Shown here: positions 50,291 through 61,798 of the stretch, piece after piece
Position numbering within the stretch: the first letter of the stretch is position 1
Layout of the letters: each line of letters starts with the position of its first letter
NCBI GenBank assembly: GCA_963924565.1
Contig: OZ004608.1
Span: 23,746,001 to 23,810,000 of the forward strand
Direction of reading: 5' to 3'
Length of the DNA: 64,000 nt
Source: Ascidiella aspersa
Taxonomy: Eukaryota
The notes under the pieces: model-generated
The model's database searches: none
Told to the model about the DNA's origin: nothing
What the model saw: the letters and a program-made list of their open reading frames with translations, nothing else
Made by a program: the position numbers and the translations under genes

Positions 50291-53200
50291 CTCTACAGAG
50301 TCTACGTCGTTCGACAATTTAAAGATTTTTCTGCGGAAGACTTTGTAATAAAGTTTGGAATTGATGTATATGAATTAGAAACAAAGCAAGATTTTTCGTA
50401 ATAGAATTATATCGACCTGTGGCCTACTATATTATTGTCCGCGAACATTTTTTAAACCCAATTTTGTCTCTTTACTAAAGGTTTGGCGCCTATACTCTAG
50501 TCTACAGATGGTATGTTTATATTTAGAAACAAGAGTAAAAATTAGCACAAAAGCGCTAAAAAATTGCAGTTGTACTGAAAAGATTACAACAAGCGAGCTA
50601 AATCATATTGCGTGCAAAGTCTACGAAAGAATATTCGTGCGAAATTGTTTTTCTTTTATCTGCGTAAAAATTCCAAAAAAGTATACATATGACCTGGTTC
50701 CTCCTATACCCCATTATTCGCCACAAAATTTTAAAAGTTTAAACATCACATGAGGCAGTTTCTTATCTCCAAAGGCAATTGATGTCAATGCTATTTTTTA
50801 CAGATCAAAGTAATTATAAAAGCATCTTAGCTATCAACTCCAAAAACAACTAGGCTACTGTAAATAAGTATAACGATAAGGAGGATTATTTTAGACAAGA
50901 CATGACGTCAATTAAATGTCATACGCTATGTGTCATTCAATAAATTTCCTTGGTTGCCTTATGTTGAAGTTAAATTTGTTTTTGATGAAGATCCTTATTG
51001 TCAGTATGCTGCATGGGCTGGAACAATCCCCCATCCGCTAAAACCATCGATATTAGTATTACCTTTTTCTGTCTATCAATTCTGCTTATCCGCAGATAAT
51101 CATGGTCATGCTATGAGTCAAGTGTGCTATTTAAAACCTATGACGTCAAAATGGCAAAGGAAAAATTAAAAATCCATAGTACCGTACAACAAAAGTTGAT
51201 TTTAATGTCACTGTAAAATGACTAACTTATCACGCACCAAACGCTACCTAACAATTATTTCGTATTGCACGAACTTCTTTAAGAATTTTAATGAATAATA
51301 TCACTGATCACCATGTTAAGCACACTAAGGTTCTTGGGTACACCAGACTATTCTTGCCATCCTTGACTTGGAAAGAGTTTGCAAAATATCGTGCTTATTG
51401 CAACGATTTTAATAGTAAGCAATGCGGGTTTATTGGGCTAATTCGACGCGGTTTTAGCGTGACCGTCAAAATAAATTAAAGCAATCGCTTTCGTAAAAAT
51501 AAAATTAAATATTGCAAATTTAGTATTGGCCTTACAACTCGATGCATTAGAAAACTTAATCTGATACTATGTCAAATTTCTATTTTCCGAAAGTGTATAG
51601 CCACGTAGAGCAACTTTAAGGACAATATACGTTGGCCTCTTTATTAGGCTAAAAACCTATTGAAAACAATTAGGCACCGCGAATAGGTATCACGCCGGTC
51701 GAACAATTACTGCAATCACATGAACCGTATCCTTGACATACTTTTATTGGGCGTCAGAAAACCTACGCGACTTCGTACAACCAAATTAACTTTACCCGAA
51801 ATATGTGAAATATAAAGTGATAGCTAGTTATTTGGGCCAAAGTTAATATATATTTTACAGTGTGTATAACTACGCAAAATTTAAACGCTTTGCAAAATAT
51901 AGCATTTATTGCAACGGTTTAAACAGTAAGCAATTTTTTTTTTAAACGGGACTTTTTTGCTTACGTTGGACGCAGTATGATGCCAAGATTACGGATCGTT
52001 TGTTAGTGGTTCCCTATGGATATATGTCACGGGTTTTCGTTAAGTAAAAGGTGTGCGATGGGTTCATCCAATCGTTGTGTATTCAGTCGTTCAATTTTAA
52101 CATGTTGGGATGTTTGGGTGTTTATTATGAACTGACTTGCATCATTAACGATAATTGACTTGCATCATTAACGACCTGGACTGGGACTTGACTTGGACTT
52201 TCGTTATTTTGCAAATGTCACTGTGCTGGAATTTAAGCCATTTCGCAAATGACTTGAGTTGGACTTGAGTCATTTTGAAATGACTTGTTTATAATACTCT
52301 CGCCACATAACATGCGGCTTCCGCAAACTTACATAACTATTACTACTATTAAAAAGTAGCCGTATTGGGAAGCTGCTGTGTAGAAAATTGCACTTTGTCC
52401 AGCGCTAAGACTCACATAGAAAAAGTGAAAATTTTACACGGCACCTTCAAGCTGAACACATCGAAAGGCCACATAATGCATAATATACTCCTTACTTTTT
52501 TTCCATTTCCATGGTTAAAATTAGCAAAAAATAAGTTTTTTCCAGCAGGGAAATAAAAAGTTTGGACGAGCGGCCCGATCGCGGGCTAATAAAAAAATAT
52601 GTATTTTGATTTCATCACTTAAAAATAAGACCGCGGGCCAAAAAATACAGTCCGCACATTTGGCCCGCGGCCCTGTAGCCTAGTTCAATCACGCTGTTAT
52701 AAACTATTCTGGGATGTAATTTGTTATACTAGGGGTCGGTAACCCTGCTAGCTACAAGAACCATTTGAATAACGATATTCATTTACTACAAAATAAAACT
52801 TTGGTATACATTTATAATTTTGGCTTACTTTAGTTTCACACTACGAGCTACAAATCTGAAGTAAATCAATACCCTTTGTTTTTTTGTTTTTGTTAGTGTT
52901 TTAATTTAATTTAACTCAATTCAGCATTGTGACGTCATAATTTGTGTATGACTAAACTGACACCGACCCGATTGAAACCCTTAACTTAGGGGTCGTGAAA
53001 GTGTGTTACGAAAAGGCGCAAAATTATGTAATGAAGGCGTAAATCGTGACTTTACATGATAGTATCCGCTTATAAGGTAAATGATACTACAGTGGTAAAA
53101 TCTTGTAAAAAATAACCATGATTGGGGATATTGTGGCAAGGCAAATAAACAAAAAAGAGTCCACATACGAGATAGTTTATATACTTTGAAGGCATTTTGC

Positions 53201-54208
53201 CTACTTAACATTAATGCATATTTTATTCTGATTACCAAACACCTCACAAGGGAGCGGCTGATTTACAGCCATTTGTGAAAATTCTCAATTTGCCTCCTGG
53301 CTTTTTAAATCTGTGAACCACACGTCGGCTGCGTTGAAAACGTGCGTAGGCGTAGACAGTGTAGTTCAAGTCTGTGAAAGAATTAGACGACCTTTCCTTA
53401 TCACGACACTGAGCTAAATAAAAACCTTAAGAAATACGAGCGCACGCTCCCTCAAACGAGTCTTGACAACATTAACAAACTGTTAGTCACAGTCTTACAA
53501 CATAATGTCAGGCGCACAATATAACTGAATTAGATGACAGTGCTGTTTGATGAATCAGATAAAACCAAGCTTAAGCATACGCTTCCAAAGCCTATATTTA
53601 ATGAGTATGTAAAAGCAGCGGTTTTGTTCGATCTTCGCTTCGTTGGATTTTAATCTAGTCAGAAACTATACATTATAACAGTGAGAGTCGTGGAATGCAT
53701 TTTGAAGCTTGCGTTTCAACTAAACTTGATTGATAATATTTGTGCATTTGTTTCAGCAACAGTTCGTAAAAAAGATTAGGCTAGAAGCGCAGAGTGTGCT
53801 GTAGGTTGTTGCTTGCCGGTAATATTTATCCAGTCTCATGCTAACTTCGGTAACCTGTGTTTCAGTTGCTCGTTCAATTGCCATTAAAATACAGATAGTC
53901 TTAAACGTTGCTTACACGCTAAACGTGAAAATTTCCGTTTTTTAAAGTTCACTGGTTGGTCTGGTATAACATGAAACGACAGTGCGTGAAGGAAAGAAGA
54001 CACAGACACGCATTCTGGCGCATTGTGCGGGACGTTACGCAGAATAAAAGGGTAAATACGTGACGTAGGGCGCAAGCATGCGTCATGGAATAAAATTTTT
54101 CGATTAAAATACTTAAGTCTCTCCTAGTATAAATATCGTTTCAGTTGCTGATTTAACAATTAAAAGGAATCAAAAGTGTCGGTTGTGGTTACTGTTTTTA
54201 CCTTGGAA

Positions 54209-57200
54209 ATGGCTGCAAAGCAGGATTGGTTGTTGATAGCTGTGGCTGCATGCATCGTATTATTGGGAACAATGTCATTACAAGTATATGGTAAGATAGA
54301 TATGTACATGATATTTGGTTTCGTTCGTAGTTTACCTGGAACTAGAAAACATTCGAATAAGACAAAGACACCAGTATTAAGTACTGCTTTTGCTGTGATG
54401 AACTGGCATTTGTGAAATTTCGGCTAAAAGTCGCCCTAAATTAAAGTGAAAATTGTAAAAAAAGACTTGTAGGTCAACCACGCCCACCATAAATGAAACA
54501 ATTAATAGAGTTGGTCAACCCTTGTTATATTTGGAATGGTAATATCGACTATGATCCAGTGATCAATTTCTGGAATAGATGTTAATCTTAACCGTAATTT
54601 TTGTATGATTTGATTCTTCCTTAATCAAAAATTGTTTTGCCTTTACCTTAATTTAGCATTTTTGGGAAAAAGGACTAATTCAGAAAATAATATATCTTGA
54701 TTAAATTATGCGTTACAGTCAAAGTCTCGCACGTGGTCGTGAGGGCACATACTCCACTTAAATATAATCGCAGTTTCTACTTTAAAAAATTTTCGCGAGA
54801 CAGACCAAAACCAAAAACGGCCACTGGCGAATGAATCGTTTCTAAGGCCAAGGCCGGTTGACACGTCGTGTTGAGTGTCGCACATGACTCCTCCCTACGT
54901 TCATACACCGGCGAAACTGGATTTTCCACCAAGCTGGTGCAAAGATACGCCCGATTGCTTATCTGATGACAATACTGCGAACACGCCGATAGCATTGGGA
55001 TATTGGCCTGGTCGCAAAACAACATCTGTTAGCGTATAGTCTACGTTTTACTTTTTCATTGCACAGGATCGGCTAAGTTTGCCCGACACTCGAATTTTGT
55101 ACTATTCAAAACACACCAAATTTATAAGAATAGCCTACTGAAAGACAACCCTTTACTAGTGGTCATCAAATCGAATTATTTTATGTTTGCTTTATCCTCA
55201 AAAGGTCCACTAAAATATAATTTGAAAGAATACTCTTGTAAGTTTTGTCTTTTTGTAAATCGTTAGGGCTCGTTTCTTAAGCCGTGACAGTGACAGTTGT
55301 TTTCGATCGTGTCATGTTATGTTAAAACCCTAAACAGTGGTATTTTATCATTAACTACGAAATATATTAGCGCAAATAATTGTTTAGGTGTGATTTAGTG
55401 TTTGCGTTTTTTTGTATATCACTGCATAATTAAAAATCTACACCAGCGGTTTGTACAGTATTTAATGACGGGCGAAATTTTAAAATGCTGACGCGTCCAC
55501 TAAAAATAATAAAATGTTGAACTTGAGTTAATAAGAATTTCATTTAGTGGAAATCTGTTGTAACTGTATAATTACGAGTAGCACGAAAGCAATTCCACAA
55601 GGTTTATTTCCATTTAATATTTCGCGTGCCCTATGAAGCCAAACTCTTCTTAGGGCACGAAACATTAAATGGAAATAAACTGAATAATGCCAGTATCACA
55701 AAATACTTAAACAAACAATATGTCAGTATTTTTTACACAGCTCTCAGCAGTAGACTTAATTTATTGGTTCTACCCTAGTTTCGTTGGTGTGCTCTATAAA
55801 GCGAAGTCGAAAATAAAAAAAAGCCGATAATGCCGTATAAAACACGATATTCATTATAATGGCGATTTAGCATCTTGATAAAGGCTGTATGGGTTTACTA
55901 AAATAGCTGTACCGGGTCGGACTCATACACTGTGATCTACACTATACAAAATGATTATGTCATAATCCTATATATTCGATTTTTTAGCTTTTATTTCCGA
56001 ATAACAGTTTTTGACTAACAATTACTTAATGGTGTGCAGACGATATTTGCATTTTGGTTAAATAGTGAAAGGAACGCAATACCACGGTAGTTAACATCAC
56101 AGACAGAATAAAGTTCAGGGTAGCTGTATAATTGTATTTAAACAATTCCGCAACTTAACAAAATTTGAGGGAAGAAATTAGCCTGGGGAGTATTGTACAA
56201 CACGTCATAAGCTCATCTCGTGAGTTGCATCTTTATTTGATGGGTGCGACAATACGTGCACATTCATCTTGACGGTATGCGTTAAGAAATCGTGTTTCCA
56301 ACTGCGGGGTGGTTGGTTTTAGGTTGCTCCATTCGGGGGCTGCTATTTGAGTACAAACTATTACTTTCGGTCGCCAAAAGGAGGCTGTTTACGCTTTGCT
56401 CTATCCATAATAGCTGCAGGAAAACATAACTTCGGATCATCGTTTTGTAGGTTGTCGCTCTGAAGTTTGCAGAAGACGTAGGTTCGTGACACAGTCAGAA
56501 ACAACTCTTCAACTGACTGGATGCTCAGGACAAACAAAACCCTGGCTGAGACAGCTTGCTTTCTGTTTAAACAAAGGAACAGCAGAAATTGCCATAAGCA
56601 TGAAAATTTGGTACCAGACTACGTATCAGGAGTGTTTGGAGGTGCGTGGTTGCAATGCTGAATACAAAAATAATATTTCCAACAAACATACTAGTAATGA
56701 AACGCCTTAAAACACTTTTTAACGCGATTGTCGCTTAACGCCGTGACTCTTTCCAGAAAGAAATTTCCGCCAAGTTTATCTCGTTAAGCAATTTGTTCAC
56801 GCTTTGCAGGAATTTTTATATCTTTCTATTTTACCCAAAACTTAAAAAAAAAAACCCACTGTAAGGTGTTTTCAAGGTTATTGTCAATAACGCCACGTTT
56901 CGTAACTTTGTGACGTCACGATTTTACGTTGTATTGTAACGCGAGCTTTGAACTTTTGTTCATGACCCCCCCCCCCCCCCCCCCCAAACAAAAATCCTTG
57001 ATCCGTCCTTGATAAGCATGGCCCTTCCGTTAGTTCTAGCATAAAGTCTGAAAATCGGTCGATTACGATTACCCACCTCCCTTTCACTTAGCAATTATCC
57101 AGGGAAGTTGCACTTGAAAATAATTACGCGATTATGAGATTGACACCAATATCCTGAGAATTGGCACTTATCGCGTTTCCTAAGCGTCAGCTAACAATTT

Positions 57201-60073
57201 TAAAATGTTTTATAAAATGGCAGTTATGCTTAGTTCTGCGCCGACTTATGTTGTTAATCTGGTCTATGAGCGTTACTGCTTAAAATCCACATGTAAGCTG
57301 AAGTATTTAGGGAACACACAATAAAACCTAAAAAGCAACAATACCAAAAGCACCAAAATCTATAAAACCATAGTATTAAGTCCAGCGGCATAATATGCCA
57401 AATACACAGTAATTTCCAGTACAGCATAATATCAAAATCGTCTGAATAAGACCTAAATCTATCGGAACAAGGCCTAAATTCATCTGAATAAGGCCTAAAT
57501 TCATCGGAATAAGTCCTAAATTCATCGGAATAATGCCTAAATTCATCGGAATAAGTCTTAAATTCATCGGAATAAGGCCTAAATTCATCGGAATAAGGCC
57601 TAAATTCATCGGAATAAGTCCTGAATTCTTGGGAATAAGGCCTAAAATGCATCAGAGGAAGGCCTAAATGGACAAAATAATCCCCGAACCTATGGGTAGA
57701 GGGTATGGAACGATCGGGGGCCATCGGTCTAGCATCAGCCCTTTTGGTGACTACGTTTGGACGCCCTAGTCTGACCGGCGCCGTCAGGGCGCCGCTGTTT
57801 TGGCACCGGATCTTTGGTCTCGTTTGGGGTTATTGATGGGAAATGGGTTAGGTTAGAAAATGGGTTAGTGTTGAAATTATTAGGAGAGTTATTGATGTAC
57901 TTAGGGGCGAGGTTTGGGGTTGGTTAAAGTGTTGTTTAGGCCTGATTTAGACGGTACTAATACCATTAGGTATTAGTCCTATTTTGGCCTTATTCCGAAT
58001 TGTATTTTATTCTGACGTTGGTGTTGTTCTTGTCTCGGTCTTATGGCTGGAGTCCGTATTTAGGCTAGCAATGAAATCCTCTTTTTGATTTTCGCTTTGT
58101 CTGCATCTTGTTAGATAATTGTCTATATGTCACTCTAACAAAAGGCACAGGATTTCTCAAACCAGCGGCGGTCTTTCTTGGGCCACAAACATGTATTATT
58201 TTAATCCTTATCCAGTAAAACTATACAACGTTTAATTTTCCATATGACTTCAGAAAACTTACTTGTGACTCTCAATGATGTATTTTCCAAAAGCCAAGCA
58301 AGGGAAGTCACAAAGTGTTGCGGGCCCATGACTCATGAAAGGTTGAGAACCACTTGATTAAATTTTATTGTTTCTTATTATTGGAAAGTTGTAATACGGG
58401 GACCTAATTCGTTAATAATAGTTAAAAAAAAGGTGTTTATAATAAGCTGGTTATCCAATTGTGAATGACTTGCAACCACTAGCGGTTTTAATCGGTGGAT
58501 ACCCTGACAACACCGTGTGTTTGAATGCTGCATAATGCCTTACGGCTACGTGAACTATGTTTTATACAAATGCGCACAATTATTCTCGGAAAAATCATCA
58601 AAATGTAAACATTTGGGTGTTTCTCATCTTGAACTATTCTCGGTATTCAATGTGTAATTCATAGCTTATGTTGTCTTTTTTTAATGCTAGGCTTAATAAC
58701 TTAAATTTGAACTCTTCTTGTTTCTTACCAACAACTTAGCTTCGGTTGTCGTTTTAGAATGACATACTCACAACACGGAAAAATAGTGTTTTGAGTCAAA
58801 TAATGCTACTTTAAAGAATTACCTAAAAACAAAAAAAAACACCCACATTGTGTTCACCTCTTCGGTTTAACGTTTTGAAACCTTTATAGAGTTGTTCCAC
58901 TGTAAAACGCGGAACGAAGGACTTGGATCAAATCGAGGAGTGCGTATTGTGCTTTACAACAGAACTTCCGCAAAGTGGACTTCTGCAATCGCACAATGTG
59001 TCACGGAATGTTCTTGATAGTTGTATAAGACAATATGTGTATGCATCTCTTAGCAACGGTAAGCTTTGTCTTTAATTTTGTTTAACATTACATTTCAGTA
59101 AAAATATTTTAAATTGTATTCTATTACAATTTTTTGTGCGAAATTCGCGTTTTATGTTGTGAAACAAACTAATCTGAAAATTGCTATCTACACATTTCTT
59201 CACATTCTTTAGTATTTTCTGTGTTGTAAAACTGTCGTCTGATGATTTAGAATTGCCTAAATTCGAAGCTGTTACCAAATCACGGGGCAGGATTACATTG
59301 CCGGTGCGACGACCAGCCAATGACTGGTGGTCACTTACTGTCAAGCTGCCGTGCAAACCGCCATTATTCCAGGTACAAAGTTGTACAATGGCCCAGCCAA
59401 CATAATGTTAACTTGCCAATTTGTTTGCAAATTAAAAGGCCTATAGCTTTTAAACCCCTAGGAAAATACGTTAAAACGCAATGAATGTGTTTTGTTAATA
59501 GCTTTTACATTTGACTTTAGCGCACCTTTCGTTGTTCAATAGTTTTGGAACGCGTACTGCATCAACTCGTTCGCGGAAGACAGCAAAGCTCGTGACTTTG
59601 TCCTGGCGCAAAACAAACTCGTATTTAACAACGAAATCATGTTCCTGGCTAAATTCAGTGACGCGTGTCGTTTCAACATCGAAGACGTACAGATTATATG
59701 GAGTGAATCGGTACCTGCTTTCGGTAAGAACATTTCGCATTTTAAAGTGTTTGGCGGCCCTTATAGACACTTTTCTGTATTTACGTACAGTACATCTTAG
59801 TTTTCAAATTTTCTTCGAGACGATAAAATGGTTATTAGTAAGAACCGCTAAAATAAAGGAATAAAGTTATTTTTTATAATCTCGTTGTCTTTATCGAGCC
59901 TTACACTTTTGTTTAGCAATATATGCCTAAATTTAATTAAAAGGTGTCACTTAATTACTTTTACAGCGTTTGTTTTTTTTGGCGATGTGGTAGATCAAAT
60001 CACTACCGGTATCACAAAATCACAAGTTGTAGCCTATATACCAGAGTTAGAAAAGGGGTTTAATATATCATAA
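54209..60073 (+). CDS. Secreted Cys-containing protein with a CBM2-like domain (at least 283 aa; 3' end uncertain)
   Basis: Exons 54209-54290 (signal peptide MAAKQDWLLIAVAACIVLLGTMSLQVYG), 56451-56641, 58890-59058, 59251-59372, 59543-59723, 59967-60073; all GT-AG and phase-consistent. RRRR site after the signal peptide; RGRITLPV..DWWSLTVKLP..FQFWNA..FVLAQNK..IMFLAKF. Confidence 0.75.
55602..55680. repeat. Near-perfect 79-nt inverted repeat (hairpin)
   Basis: GTTTATTTCCATTTAATATTTCGCGTGCCCTATGAAG - 7 nt loop - CTTCTTAGGGCACGAAACATTAAATGGAAATAAAC. Confidence 0.85.
57358..58045 (+). repeat. Dispersed repeat, copy 2, with an expanded 21-bp minisatellite
   Basis: Colinear with 34068-34615. Confidence 0.8.
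57443..57668 (+). repeat. 21-bp minisatellite, ~10.5 copies of GGAATAAGGCCTAAATTCATC
   Basis: Directly visible head-to-tail units with no spacers. Confidence 0.95.
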
Positions 60074-61798
60074 CTAATTTAGGCATATACAATAGAAAGG
60101 CCCATTGGGTTGAAACCATAACAAGGATTTTCCCTGTTTTTAACTGAAGCATGTATTTTAGTTCTCAAATGGCAGTAGGCCCCGCAATGGTGTGGTCGCG
60201 CCTAAAGTTTCGTCGGGTGAGAATTCTACTGGGTCGCTTTAGAATTTATAGAGCGATAAATCAAAATAGATCAAAACCTTCAAATTACAGACAAAACAGA
60301 TAATTGTAAACAAAAAAAAGTTTTATTAAGAAAGCTTGAAAGTGTTACGCTGACAAACATCGCATGTAAAAACTCCAGTAAACACTTTTCACACATGAAG
60401 ATCGACGTAATTTCACAAGCAAGGCACTAGCATAGATTAAAAAGTTTTTTAACTATGGGTTGGAACTGAAAAACCGAAAATACTCAACTATAGCAAATTA
60501 TCCGTTAGGTTGTCGCATATGTTTAGTTAGGTATATCCAATCGAAATAAGTTTTATAATAGACTACCGAATACTGTTGTATTTTTTAACCATCACGTATT
60601 ATTTTTGTGATAAAAGGAATAAGTTTACCATTGAATGTGCCTTGGACTTTTTACACTTAGAAATACCTTTAAATCAGTGTTGTCAAGATGAAAATTGAAG
60701 TTAAATCTGAATCGCACGTGAAAAATACCACAATTAGCTCCATGCATTTCAATTTTAAAACGCTTAAAACCTACTCCACAGTTTCTGCGGCATAGCCTAA
60801 TAAGTGAATCTGTGTTTTTTTATAAATTAAACCTACGGCGCGAGGAATAAGCCTATGTACCCCGAGTTTCCCATACGTTACACCAGCGGATGCTCTTCAG
60901 ACCTTAGTGTGCCAATTTCACCTGATTTTTTCACCGTGCACCTGATTTGCCATACGTTCCAGACTCACTCCGTGGTGGAATTATATAATAATAATAAATC
61001 ACAATTAGTATCAAGCAATTACAAGTACAAAGATCTTTGTATGTTGTCCTGAGAATATAAATTCCCAAAATGTAAGCTATATGTTTATCTTCGGGAGTGC
61101 TGAGTAACCTTAGCAATTATTGGGGTAGAAAGAAACGGTTTGTTGTAGGTGGCAAACAAAGATTATACAATCTTGGTTGTTGTATGATTCAAAAATTACA
61201 AAATATTGTTACTTGGTGCTTCAAGAGCTCACGCTGAAGCAATGAATCTCAAACTGTCTGCCGCGTAACCTTTCGTTATTTAAAAAAATGTCTTATTTGT
61301 ACTACAAATGAGCATGCAGCCATGGAGACATGTAAAACTTGAATACACACTATCCCATTAGAAAACTGATAAATTGATAATATTTACCTCAGGTTATTGT
61401 TAATTGTCATGCACAAATATGCAACTGAAATCGTTTTTCAAATACATAAGGCAGGATGGCCTGGTATAATCAGAACAGTTTTGGAACATTTGAACAATTT
61501 GTTTACCCCTTCCGGATACCTACAAACATTATTTCACCGAAATGCCGCTCTGGAACTTTCCGGCTTACTTTCACCACTGAACTAAACCATGAGAGCAATA
61601 AATTGCCGGTAGTAAAAATGTCGCAATTCGATGATCTAACAGGACAGTTACGACTTGCAGTTCCTAAAAGAAAGCGATTTGGAAAAATATATATATCGGT
61701 TAGCATTTAACGTGCGCTCTGGTCAAACTGTGTACCCAGATAAGTAAATTTTCATCGTTGTGCTTTGTGGTGTACTTCGCAAAAAAAATCCACCGCAG

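Noticed and set aside
52130-52290. GACTTG/GGACTT repeats and a 19-bp duplication
   Set aside because: Probably a decayed transposon subterminal region; no TIR or TSD definable
57254-57724. ORFs with YSDEFRP / PMNLGLI heptad repeats; also a CRISPR-like appearance
   Set aside because: Translation of a 21-bp minisatellite inside a dispersed repeat within an intron; no unique spacers, and the context is eukaryotic
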